The translations under genes and the position numbers were made by a program. A model generated the notes under the pieces. It had not been told where the DNA came from, did no database searches, and saw nothing but the letters and a program-made list of their open reading frames with translations. Shown here in pieces: positions 40,039 through 52,964 of a DNA stretch of 64,000 nucleotides. This DNA comes from the human T2T-CHM13v2.0 reference genome, Homo sapiens. Location: assembly GCF_009914755.1 (NCBI RefSeq), contig NC_060927.1, one strand, 5' to 3'. How positions within the stretch are numbered: the first letter of the stretch is position 1; each line of letters begins with the position of its first letter.

Positions 40039-41925
40039 ACACAGCCAACATTATACTGAATGGGGAAAAGTTGAAAGCGTTCCTCCTGAGAACTGGAACA
40101 AGACAAGGATGCTCACTTTCACCACTTCTATTCAACATAGTACTGGAAGTCCTAGCCAGAGCAATCAGACAAGAGAAGGCAATAAAGGACATCCAAAAAA
40201 GTAAAGAGGAAGTCAAACTGTCACTGTTTGCTGATGATATGATTGTATACCTAGAAAACCCTAAGAACTTATCCAAAAAGCTCCTAGAACTGATTAATGA
40301 ATTCAGTAAAGTTTCAGGATACAGAATTAATGTACACAAGTCAGTAGCACTGCTGTACACCAACAGTAACCAAGCTGAGAATCAAATCAAGAACTCAGCC
40401 TCTTTTACAATAGCTGCAAAAAATAAAATAAAATACTGAGGAATATACCTGTTACCAAGGAGGTGAAAGACCTCTACAATGAAAACTATAAAACACTGCT
40501 GAAAGAAATCATAGATGACACAAACAAATGGAAACACATCTCATGGTCATGGATGGGTAGAATCAATATCGTGAAAATGACCATACTGCCAAAAGCAATC
40601 TACAAATTCAGTGCAATTCCCATCACAGTATCACCAACATTCTTCACAAAGCTGGAAAAAGCAATCCTAAAATTCATATGGAATGAAAAAAGAGCCCACA
40701 TAGCCAAAGCAATACTAAGCAAAAAGAACAAATCTAGAGGCGTCACATTACCCAACTTCAAACTATACTATAAGGCCATAGTCACCAAAACAGCATGGTA
40801 CTGGTATAAAATAGGTACATAAACCAATGGAACAGAATAGAGAACCCAGAAATAAAGCTGGATACTTATAGCTAACGAGTCTTCAACAAAGCAAACAAAA
40901 TATAGTGGAGAAAGGACACCCCATTCAACAAATGGTGCTGGGATAATTGTCAAGCCACATGTAGAAAAAATGAAACTGGATCCTCATCTCTCATTTTATA
41001 CAAAAATCAACTCAAGATGGATCAAAGACTTAAGTCTAAGACCTGAAACCATAAAAATTCTAGAAGATAACATTGGAAAAACCCTTCTAGACATTGGCAT
41101 AGGCAAAGACTTCACGACCAAGAACCCAAAAGAAAATGCAACAAAAACAAAGATAGATAGGTAGGACTTAATTAAACTAAATTACTTCTACACAGCAAAA
41201 GAAATTATCAGTATAGACCACCCACAGAATAGGAGAAAATCTTTGCAATCTATACATCTGACAAAGGATTAATATCCAGAATCTACAAGGAACTCAGATC
41301 AGCAAGAAAAAAACAAAGAATCCCATCAAAAAATGGGCTAAGGACATGAATAAACAATTCTCAAAAGATGTACAAAGGGCCAACAAACATATGAAAAAAT
41401 ATTCAACATCACTAATTATCAGGGAAATGCAAATCAAAACCACAATGAGATGCTACCTCACTCCTGCAAGAATGGCCATAATCAAAGATCAAAAATAATA
41501 GATGTTGGCATGGATGTGAAGAAAAGGGAACACTTTTACACTGCTGGTGGGAATGTAAACTAGTACAACCACTATGGAAAACAGTGTGGAGATTCCTTAA
41601 AGAACTAAAAATAGATGTACCATTTGATCCAGTGATCCCACTACTAAGTATCTACCCAGAGGAAAAGAAGTTATTATACTAAAAAGATACTTGCACATGG
41701 ATGTTTATAGCAGCACAATTCGCAATTGCAAAAATATGGAACCAGCCCAAATGCCCATCAGTCAATGAGTGGATAAAGAAAATGTGAGGGATAAAAGACT
41801 ACACATTGGGTACAGTGTATACTGCTTGTGTGAAGGGTGCACCAAAATCCCAGAAGTCACCACTAAAGGACTTAATCATGTAACCAAACACCACCTGTTC
41901 CCCAAAAACCTATTGAAATGGAAAA
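40039..41925 (+). mobile_element. L1PB1, 5'-truncated; ORF2 RT remnant with stops and deletions
   Basis: RT motifs [13 protein letters not shown] and [10 protein letters not shown]; perfect 18-bp TSD taaataaagtaggttctg at 40021-40038 and 41926-41943. Confidence 0.96.
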
Positions 41926-42091
41926 TAAATAAAGTAGGTTCTGTTTTCCTGGCTAGACACTGCCTGATATAGTGAGTTTTACATCTAAACTTCAGTTTAT
42001 ATTCTCATTTCCCTTGCTAATCTAGTATTTTATAAGGGGGCCCTCAACTCATAAATATATATTAATATATATATGTTTGTGTGTATATATT

Positions 42092-42277
42092 CCTCATCTG
42101 CAACCAAACGCAGATCGAAAATACAGTATTCCTGGAATGTGACACCCACGTGTATCAAGGGCCGACTTTTCATATATGCATGTTCCTCAGGGCCAACTGC
42201 AGGACTTAAGTATGTGGAAATCTGGATATGTGAGGGGGTCCTGGAACCAATACCTTGTGGATACCAAGAGATGACTG
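42092..42277 (-). mobile_element. MER8 (Tigger-derived MITE)
   Basis: caaccaaacgcagatcgaaaatacagtatt...ggggtcctggaaccaatacc...gactgta. Confidence 0.85.
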
Positions 42278-42317
42278 TATATATTTGCTCCAACAGTGGA
42301 GATGCAGCATACATAAG

Positions 42318-42952
42318 TGTTTTGCCATGACTATGCCCAATGTCATACTTGGGGTCAGGTTGAAGCCCATGCTGAGGTCCAAGGGGAGTGGGTGGATGGG
42401 CACATAGCTGTAAGAACACTTGGAGGGCCGTAAGCAGGTGACAAGTAGGTTTATTCAGCAGCTCTCCCATCAGCAGCTCTCTCACCCTGTCTGCCTTTAT
42501 CTTGGTTGTGTGCTGTGACTCTGTGGCTCCTCTCAGCAGTTGGCTCTGCACCTCTGGCTGCTTCCACACACAGGTGTATGGCCAGCTTTCCCTTCCTTCA
42601 GGGTCAGCAGCTTAACTCTTTCCCTCTGGGCACAAACTGGTTTCTGGCTCCCCTCTGCCCGCTTTCAAGGCGACTGGCTCTCCCTTACAGGGATCAGAAG
42701 CGTTACTCTCCGGGCACAGTATGCACGCTGTGTTGAGCCATGTTTAGCCATGCCCCAGAGTGCCTGTACGGTGTCAGCAGGGCAGTTATACCTTTTCCAA
42801 ACAATAGTGGCTTTGAGCCAAATATGAGCTTACACAAACAGGTTATATAACAAATAAGAGTATGTACCTGCACCCTAAACTCGCCGAGTCATGCAGGCCT
42901 GGATGTCTGCCTCGGCCTAATTCTTGACCAAAGCACATGGATGTACCTTACA
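42318..42952 (-). mobile_element. LTR18 (probably LTR18B) ERVL solo LTR
   Basis: Reverse complement starts TGTAAGGTACAT..ATGTGCTTTGGTCAAG..GGCCGAGGCAGACATCCAGGCCTGCATGACTC; TSD ataag / gtaag. Confidence 0.8.
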
Positions 42953-43332
42953 GTAAGTAAGCCCAGCAAGCAGCAGATGATCCATAACCCATATGATCCT
43001 CAGGTGGGTCCTTAGCCAGCACTGCTCCTCACCGCCACTTGCTCTCAGCTATCCCTGTGACCCCAGCTAAAATTGGACATGTTTGGCACCAGCAATCCCC
43101 AAGCTGGCCTCTGGCTGTTTTGCACTGACCTTCCTCCTTCTCCTCTTCCTCCATTATCTTTGTGTCTGGCTCTGGCATCACTTCCCTGGATTTCTCCTGA
43201 GGGCAGAGCTCGGAGTAGGCTGAGGCAAGACAGGAGCCAAGGGCACACAAGTTAAGGACACATTCACTTCTTAGGTTGTGCAAGTGCAGGCTGGGCAGTT
43301 CTTCTCTTTGGAGGGTTAAGATGGGAAGCTGT

Positions 43333-43459
43333 TACACAGGAGGCTGAGTCAGGAGGATTGCTTGAGCCCAGGAGTTTGAGGTTGCAGTGAACTATGATTG
43401 CACCACTGCACTCCAGAGTGAAACCCTGTATCTGTCTCAAAAAAAAAAAAAAAAAAAAA
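43333..43459 (+). mobile_element. AluJ/FRAM right-monomer fragment
   Basis: ggaggattgcttgagcccaggagtttgagg plus A tail; TSD ggaagctg. Confidence 0.88.
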
Positions 43460-43517
43460 GGAAGCTGGGACTGAGCTTGAGGCTGCCTGGCCAGAAGCAG
43501 AGGTAGAGGGTAACCCT

Positions 43518-44125
43518 TGTATGTCAGGGTACAATCAGGAGACACATCACACCATGTTTTTTTTGTTGTTGTTGTTTGTTTTGTTTTGTATTTTTAACAG
43601 GATTTAATAGAATTAATTGTTAATTAGGTAACCGAAAAGGCAAACTTGATAGAACTCTAGAACTCGAAGGTATCATGGAAGTAGCAACTGCAAGAAGTAG
43701 CCACCACTCCGTGGGCTAGGGGAGCAAAAGGAGGAGGTGGGAAATATTCAAACGTAGAGGGTCCTGAGACCCAAACCTCTTGAGGAGCAGGTGCTACTCT
43801 TCTGGTGCCAGTGTCAAGGAGCACCATGAGGCTGGTTCTACAAGTGCTGAAATTGCAAGCTAGACTCAACAGCTGCTACAGGAGCTGCTGCAGCTGGGGT
43901 CAATGTTGCTGGGGTAAAGCTCATAGAAATGGGAAGAAATGGAGACAGACAAGAAGGAGGAAGTCCCTGCTTCCCCCCTCCAGCCCCGCGGTCTCCCTCT
44001 AACGCCCCCTATCGGCATAGCCTACCAAGGAGTCACAGAGAAAGCAGGAATTTGGTTTGCAGAGTCCCAGCCCCAGTGGGACAAAGCTGAGCACAGAAGG
44101 ATAGGTTTGGAGCCCGCCCTACACT
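43518..44125 (-). mobile_element. Old LTR (LTR52/LTR78/LTR79-like)
   Basis: tgtcagggtacaatcaggagac...gtagcaactgcaagaagtagccaccac; family from recall only. Confidence 0.45.
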
Positions 44126-44953
44126 GAAGTGGAGGGGATTGGACAGAGGCACGAATACAAGGATTTGGGGCAGATTGGGAGCCATTTTAGAGGCTGCCTG
44201 CTACAGTTGCCTTTCTCACTATGACCCTGGCGATAGTTGCATTGATTTTTTTAAGAGTAGTAGATAGCCATTCTGCACGAATGACAAACTATGAAGACTC
44301 AATTCATGCTGAGTCTCCTGTTCTAACCAAATTACACTTTATAACAAAGTTAATTTAAGGCACATATAATGATACACATAAGTATTATGGCACCATATGG
44401 TAATTAGGCATCCGTGTGGTGGAAAGCTCACAGAAATGACTGTAATTAGTATTACTTCTATGCAGCCAAACCCATTTAACTTTTTATAGTCCCATTTGTT
44501 TGGGTCGCCAGTACGTATCAACAGCCTCCACGCTGATAGTTTTCTCCAGTACCACCTACCATTTAATTATCACCCCACATGCAAACTCTGACACTCACAT
44601 AAACTAAATTACAAAGATCCAAACTAGTATCATGCAATCGTTGGGTGCTCTGCCTCTGCATCCTTCTTTCCAGTGTTTTCCATTTCTCCCTATTCCCCAA
44701 ATGAAAACTGAGCAGGAGGAGGCTTGAGGTAGTAACAATTGGATCAGGAGGCTGTGACCTGAATTTCTTAAGAAAGATGCTGATATATTAAAAGACCTAG
44801 TGAGAACAGCTTAAACTATTCTCATTTCAGAATGGTGTACTTGAATTATTAAAGCAGGCAGCCCATAGATCTCCCCTCACAAGTTGCAGATTGCTTGGGG
44901 GTAATTTTAGTAGGGAATAAAGTCTTTCAACTTTCAACAACAACAAAAAAGTT

Positions 44954-45248
44954 GGCTGGGCGCAGTGGCTCACGCCTGTAATTCCAGTACTGTGTGAGGC
45001 TGAGGTGGGTGGATCACGATGTCAGGAGATCGAGACCATCCTGGCCAACATGGTGAAACCCCATCTCTACTAAAAATACAAAAATTAGCTTGGGTGTGGT
45101 GGCGCATGTCTGTAACCCCAGCTACTCGGGAGGCTGAGTCACGAGAATTGCTTGAATCCAGGAGGCGGAGGTTGCAGTGAGCCGAGATCACACCACTGCA
45201 CTCCAGCCCAGCGACAGAGCGAGAGTCCGTCTCAAAAAAAAAAAAAAA
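44954..45248 (+). mobile_element. AluSc
   Basis: ggagatcgagaccatcctggccaacatgg; TSD aaaaaagt. Confidence 0.95.
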
Positions 45249-45443
45249 GTAAATATGCAAATCGAGGCAAGAGAACATATTAGTATTTAATGAGCTCCAA
45301 TTCTTTGGAAACTGTTGTTAGATCCTTTCTTGTATTGTTGAGGAAGAATGAGGGCCAGAAGAGGGGGAAAGGGGAAAGGAAATCACCAGGGGCAGGGATG
45401 GGATGGGACATATTGGGGAACTGTGAACTAGAGACCTACAAGG

Positions 45444-45680
45444 TAGGGTTGCCAGATAAAATACAGGATATCCAGTTAAATTTGAATGACCAGATTTAGC
45501 AAATAAAAAATATGGGACTCAGTTAAATTTGAATTTTAGATACACAGTGAAAAATATTTTAGCATAAATATATCCCACACAATACTTGGGACATACTTAT
45601 TCTAAACATTATTGTTGTGTATCTGCAATGCAAATTAATCGAGAGTCCAGTATTTTTATGTGCTAAAGCTGGCAACATTA
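45444..45680. mobile_element. MER53 palindromic hAT MITE with an extra terminal segment
   Basis: TIR tagggttgccag / ctggcaacatta; perfect 8-bp TSD ctacaagg at 45436-45443 and 45681-45688. Confidence 0.92.
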
Positions 45681-46935
45681 CTACAAGGTTAACTTCTCAC
45701 TTTCATCCTGGAACTTGTTTTGTCATTATCTTTGAGGGTCATGGTGCTGTGGGGCCAAAGGGACTTCATGCCCTTTTGGATAGCCATGGGTCTGACATTC
45801 ATCCTGCCCTCCCCTGCTGCTCTCTGCCTCCTGCCTCTGGTCCCTCAGGCCTCAAAGCCCCTATGCCAGCAGACACAGGGCAGCATGTTGAGGGAGAAGA
45901 TTCTGCACACTCATTTGAGGCCTGCCTGACCCTGTCTCCCTCACATGTTCAATAGCACTCGGCCCCACCCTCACCTGGAATGTTGTGCCTCCAAGTCTCT
46001 AAGCACCACAATGTGTGTGTAAATCTAGCAAAATAGACAGATTTTGAGACTAAATGGGGACTCTGGGTATGGATTTACACATGGGCAAAATTTTTCTTGC
46101 TGAGCAGTTTGTGTTAAATGGGATTTAGTTTGCTCCTTGGTGATCAGTCTGGGAGGGTAGTTGGAAATCTACCCCTGTACAGGCTTCTTCTGAAGTTGCT
46201 CTTTCAGATTTTACAGCATCATGGATCCTTTTTTAGTGGCCAAGTTTTGGAGCTAGCAAAGCAGATAAAGCTACACGGAATATTCACATTTTCATTGTGG
46301 AAGGAGAAAACAAAATCTGTGTCTCCAAGATTTCTAAAAAAACAGAAAAAAAAAATGGGTTCCATTCAATGCTAATCTCTTCTTCTTCTTTTCTCTTTAT
46401 CCTTCTATCTAATTGCAGTATGGGTGAAACTATTGCCCACTACTGGGAGAAGGCTATTTTCTTTGCCAGTTGTCCAAACAATGGAAATTTCCTGCATTCT
46501 TTGCTGTAGTTTCTCAAAGTTAATGGGCATATGCTGACTTTTAAAAAACTAGCTGTTACTAGGAGTGAAAAGAGTTACAAGAGAAAAAATTGCTTACCTT
46601 CAGACTCTCCAGTGTTGGCAAAAAATTCTTTCTAAAGAAATGAATACCAATGACAAAAATGTCCATGCTGTTCTTCATAAATTTGGACCCTGGTTCTCAT
46701 ACTGTGACTTACCAGATCCCAGATGTAATGCCAGGACAGGGAGGATAAAAGGAGAAAGGCAGGATCTAATTATTAGAGGTTCAATGTTGTACCAAATGGT
46801 TCCTGCTACAAGGCTAACCTCATCCTCCATTCTTCCTCCTTTTCCCTCTGCTCTGACAACCTGAGCTGTTCATTGCCCTCTGAGTACTGCAGCTGTTTCT
46901 CCCCTCTGTGCTCATACCTTTGCTGCCCTCCCGCC

Positions 46936-47041
46936 TTTTTTTTTTTTTTTTTTTTTCTTGAGACGGATTCTCACTCTGTTGCCCAGACTGGAGTGCAGTG
47001 GCAAGTGCTGGGATTACAGGTGTGAGCCAGAGCACCTGGCC
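46936..47041 (-). mobile_element. Alu with about 200 bp deleted internally
   Basis: ...ggagtgcagtggc joined directly to aagtgctgggattaca...; TSD ttgctgccc. Confidence 0.92.
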
Positions 47042-48532
47042 CCTTGCTGCCCCATCTGTCCAGCTATTCCCATTTCATTTAGCTGACTACTTCCTATCCT
47101 TTAACGTTCAACATGGGAAATGTCTCGTCCAGGCAATGCTCCATCCTGGCCCTTCCAAGTTGAGTAATGTGTCCTTCCAATGTGTCCTCCATAGAGGTTG
47201 CTATGTGTTCCCATAGCAACCTCTGCCAAGCTCCATCATTGTGTGAACCACAGTATAAGTACTTGTTGGTTTGGTCTCCGTCTCCTCTGCCTGGTTCACA
47301 TCAGGCAGGTGGGTGCTCAGTGGATAGCTGAGGTACAATGACTTTGAAATCCTCGATAATATATTCTAACATGCTGGCTGGAGGACCTCAACTTAATTAA
47401 GCCCATCTGAGGCTTGTGACAATAGTAACATGGGCCTGTGCACTATTTTCAAGATTTTCAAATGCCCACTGGATATCACACATTTACCTGGGGTAAGAAA
47501 CTTTCTTGTCAAAAATACCCTCTTGCATTATTTCTGAGTGGGGTTACATTAACCCTCTCTGATGACCCCATTTTTTTTTTCATGAAGAACAGTAGATGTA
47601 ATTGGCCGCTAGTATATACTTGTCCTTTAAAAAAAAAGTCCAAATGATCACTTAAATGCAATTTTGGGGGGAATGGGGAACAGTAAGTAAAATCACCACT
47701 AGGTTGCACATAAATAAATGTTTTCTTTGGTGGTGAAAAGGTGAGATGCCAACTTTGTGTCATTATTCATTACTTACTCAAATTTACTGAACACCTGTTA
47801 CATACCAGGCATGGCTTTAGGAGCTCCAGAAATGTATGTGCTCCACATATGTTATTGCATAGTGAGTAATCCTCTGCCCACCATTCTTCTTGTGTAAGGT
47901 CGGCGCAGTTCCTGCCAGTGTGGATCACAGGGCCCCAGCTGGGGAGAACAGAGAGAGGCAACTGATTTCCTTGCAGAGTCTGGCATTGAGAGAGGGTTCA
48001 GGGCCTCAGGGACTGGGTGAGTGAGCATCATGCCTCAGCCACCCCTTTCAAGGCTTCATGTTTGGGCTGCTTATTTTCTGTGCTTATGGGAATCTGAGAA
48101 CAGACTTGGTTGAATTCATTCTTACCACTCAGCTGCACAGTAATTTCTGGGCAAAAGGAAGCTTCTAATTAAGAGTTCAAATCCCCCAGAAGCCATATGC
48201 CAAGCCACATATGTGACAAAATCCCTGGCTGCCTTCTCTGGTATAGGGACGATAACAGCTAACTGGCGTGCTGCTCTGGGCCAGCTGGGCCTTTAACAAA
48301 ACAACAATCACAACAACTACAAAAATCTGCTGCAGCTGCTGGTTTAAGGGATGGGTTATTCAAGGGCCCATCTCCCACCAGCTGCTTTGCATCTTCTCTT
48401 TTGTTAGGACCTGAGATATTTAAGGTCATTGAAGATTCTGGGCCTACTTTATATCAAATATCTAAAATTCTGCTCACATTCCACATTAGGTATGGTATAT
48501 TTTGCTCTTGCTCTAAAACATTTGAAAGAGTT

Positions 48533-49050
48533 TTGTTTCAGTTAGCTAATGCTGTGTAACAAATGACTTCAAAACATAGTGGCTTAAAGCAACAATGTAT
48601 TCTATTTCATGGTGTGGTCTTCTTCAGCTTCAAGTGGTATTAGCTGGGAACAGTGGGTGACTGCAGTCATCCCAAGTTTTGATCAACAGCTCAGCTGAGG
48701 TTGAAATGTCTGAAATACCAGGGCTTTAGGAGTCAGATGGAGCTTGACTGGGATTTCAGCTGCGGGCCTTGATTCTTCTCCATATGGGCCTCCCCATGTG
48801 GCTGCCTGGGCCACCTCACAGCATGGTGGCTGATGTCCAACAAGAACTGTTCCAAGAGCAAGCATTCTAAGAGGGAGGAAGCAGAAGCTGCCAGGTCAAT
48901 TAAGGACTAGTCCTGGAATTGGCATAGTACCACTTCCTCTATATTAGTCAAGGGAGTGGCAAGCCCAGCCCACAGTCAATGTGGGAGGGAACTATACAAG
49001 GACATGAATACTGGGGAACGTGTTCATCTGGATCATCAAAATAACAGTCT
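48533..49050 (-). mobile_element. MLT1I/J-type LTR
   Basis: tgtttcagttagctaatgctgtgtaacaaa...aaaacatagtggcttaaagcaac. Confidence 0.75.
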
Positions 49051-49084
49051 ATGGCAAGTTTTTATTATTTTGGTACTTAAAAAA

Positions 49085-50366
<1,282 letters not shown>

Positions 50367-50449
50367 ATTCATTTTATTTTCTTGTTGTTTTTTTAAAAAT
50401 TATATTTATAACTATGGAAGAGTTCAGTTGAGCTGCAATTAACTATTTC

Positions 50450-50610
50450 TTTGCTATTCAAAGTCAAGGGACTAGAAGCATTGGCATTACCTGGGAGCTT
50501 GTTAGAAATGTAGACTCTCAGGCCTCACCCCAGATCTACTAAATCATAATCTGTAGTCGGACAAGATCCCCAGGTGTTTCGTATGCTTATTAATGTTTAA
50601 GAAATGCTGA
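50450..50610. mobile_element. MER5-family MITE
   Basis: gcattacctgggagcttgttagaaatgtagactctcaggcctcaccccaga. Confidence 0.85.
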
Positions 50611-51084
50611 ATTACTTGATATAATCCTTGTTTTGTAAACATTTATTGATTTTAATTATGTAATTTTCTGTTTTGCATTTTGGAGTCATCATACATTTTT
50701 CAAGGCCTCAGAAAATTGTATAGGATTTTGAGACGCTCTCAGGCCCTAGACCCCATGTCTAGAATGCCCTGGAGATGAATCTGGTAAATTTTACACATAG
50801 TCACATCCCTTTTGTCTCTGATTTCTGACTTTCTCTTCCATAGTTACAGTTCTTCAGATCATCTATCTGGTTTTTACATGAGTTCTTCTCTGAGATGCTG
50901 CTAAGATGGCTCTCTAGGCTTTCAGAACCACAGCCCATGGAAAAGGGAGCCCCACCCTCAATGCAGACCCAGGTTTCTCTCTAGGATACCACATCCCAGG
51001 CCCATATAACCTTATTGCTGCAATTACTAAATTATTAAAATCAACCGTAAAGCTTCCTACTGAAGAAAACTTCCTAGTTCATTT

Positions 51085-51665
51085 TTTTCTTTAACTATTT
51101 ACTGAAGCATAATATACATGCAGAAAAGTGCAAAAATAAGCTTACAACCAATACATTTTAATACATTAGCACTCTGTTATAACCAACCTTCAAATCAAGG
51201 AATAGAATATTAACAGTACCCAGGAAACCCTCTGTGTCACTACTACCCCATCTCCTGCAAATTAACCACTATTTGAACTAATAGCATAGATTACTTTTAA
51301 CCAGTTTTTTTCTTTATATAAACACAATGCCATAATATATCCTCTTTTGTGTCTAACTTCTTTTGTTCGACTTTACATTTATGAGGCTCATCCATATTGT
51401 TGTAATTGTAGTTTGTATTCTTATTGTTGTATAGTGTTCCATTGCATGAATTTACTACAATTTAAATTCATTATATTATTGATGGGTATTAGGGCAATTT
51501 CCAGTTTGGGGCTATTACAAATAGCGCAGCTAGGTACATCTTAATACTTTTGTCAGGGAAACACATGCCACATTTCTGTGGGAATTAGGAGTGAGATTGC
51601 TGGGTCATAGCGTGTGTCTATGTTTAGCTTTAGTGATACTGTCAAGCAGTTTTCCAAACTGTAAG
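51085..51665 (-). mobile_element. Old L1M (L1ME/MD) 3' end
   Basis: aatatacatgcagaaaagtgc...ttccagtttggggctattacaaatag...gattgctgggtcatag. Confidence 0.75.
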
Positions 51666-51919
51666 CCCCATTCTTAATGTAAAAGTGAATGCTCCTGCCC
51701 CTGTTCTATCCCTTCCTAAGAGTTGTGACAAATCTCAAACAGGACATTACTTTCACATAGGTTTATGAATTTCTGCCAAAACATTGGTGCTCACATTTCA
51801 AAATAAATAAATGCATCCATGAAATCCTCACCAGCGGCAGACTGAGAAAGCAAAGAATCCAGATGACAGCCATAATGCTGAGATGCTAAGATGGTTTTCT
51901 TTGTTGCCTAGAGCGCTGG

Positions 51920-52600
51920 GAGTCTTTTGCAAAAGCTGCTGCCAATCAGGCTTGCCTATCTTTGCAGGGCTAATTAACAGCACTTGGGCAAGCAAGGGGG
52001 CGGACGCCTGCACGATGATGCGAATGGTGCCATCCCAAGGCTTATGACTAATTATAAACACAAAGCACTTAAGGGCCGAGATTAATAATGAAAAAAAAAA
52101 AGCCGAAACAAAAAGCTGAAAAACCTCTTCAGAATTCTAATGCCAGCATGGTTGTGGTTGCGTGACTCAGGGCAGGGGTGCTGGCAAAAATCTCCGGACT
52201 AAATCACACAGCGCCTATGTCATGCAGCCAGCCTCCCAGTCATGTGCTACAGAAGGGCTTCCTTTGTGTCATGCAGGATTTCAGGGGAGTGTGTCAGCTC
52301 CATTTCCAGGGTGCCCTGGGCCCTAGCATGATAAATCTGTTATTCCCTTGCCCTCCCTCAGCATGGAAGAGCAGACTGGGGTAATTCAGGCCCCTACAGG
52401 AGTGGGTAGGGTGGGGTTGTGTGTGCAAGCTCTGATCCCCTTAGCTACAAACCACAAATAATCCATAAAGTATGCAAATTAGCTCCCAATTAATAGCACT
52501 TACTAACATCTTGAACTGTGTAAGGAGAAGCTGTGTTTGCCAGAGAGGAAAGCAACACTCATGCACCTCATTGCAAAACACGTCTGGTCAGGCGAAAAAC
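51920..52600. promoter_or_regulatory. Candidate promoter/enhancer in repeat-free sequence
   Basis: CCAAT 51942, GGGGCGG 51997, TATAAA 52053, RUNX TGTGGTT 52153, AP-1 TGACTCA 52163, octamer ATGCAAAT 52472; locally raised CpG. Confidence 0.45.
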
Positions 52601-52964
52601 CCTGGACTTGCTGGGAGGGAGGGAAGAATGAAGTTGAAACTGAAAGGCTGCTTTGGTGCCCTCAGGTCATCTGGAAAAGTGTCCACACAGTTCAGGCTTG
52701 AGGAGTAATTTGATGTGAGATGAGGATTCAGATGAGAATGAGTTTCCCTGCTTCCCCTTTCCTTGGGGCACTGCTTGGTCCAGGCCCTAATGAGTTCTGA
52801 ATGTTCAACTACAGGTCCTCCCACCAGCCTCTGAGAAGAGAACAGGACAACCCAATACCCCCAGAAAACTGGAAGTAAGGGTCAAGGGTTGAGGTGAGGG
52901 TGGTGGGGGAAGGGAGGAGAAAACAAACTATTACTTTTAAAAAGTGGTGAAAAATTGTTTGCCA

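Larger units (their letters stand above)
39180..41970 (+). mobile_element. LTR33-like ERVL LTR split by LTR16 and L1PB1
   Basis: tggcttcctgctggtgctaatctct...attaaatcccc...ggttctg, resuming ttttcctggctagacactgcctgatata. Confidence 0.6.

Noticed and set aside
40071-41164. Reverse-transcriptase ORFs as an active retroelement or novel RT system
   Set aside because: 5'-truncated L1 ORF2 with stops, frameshifts and deletions
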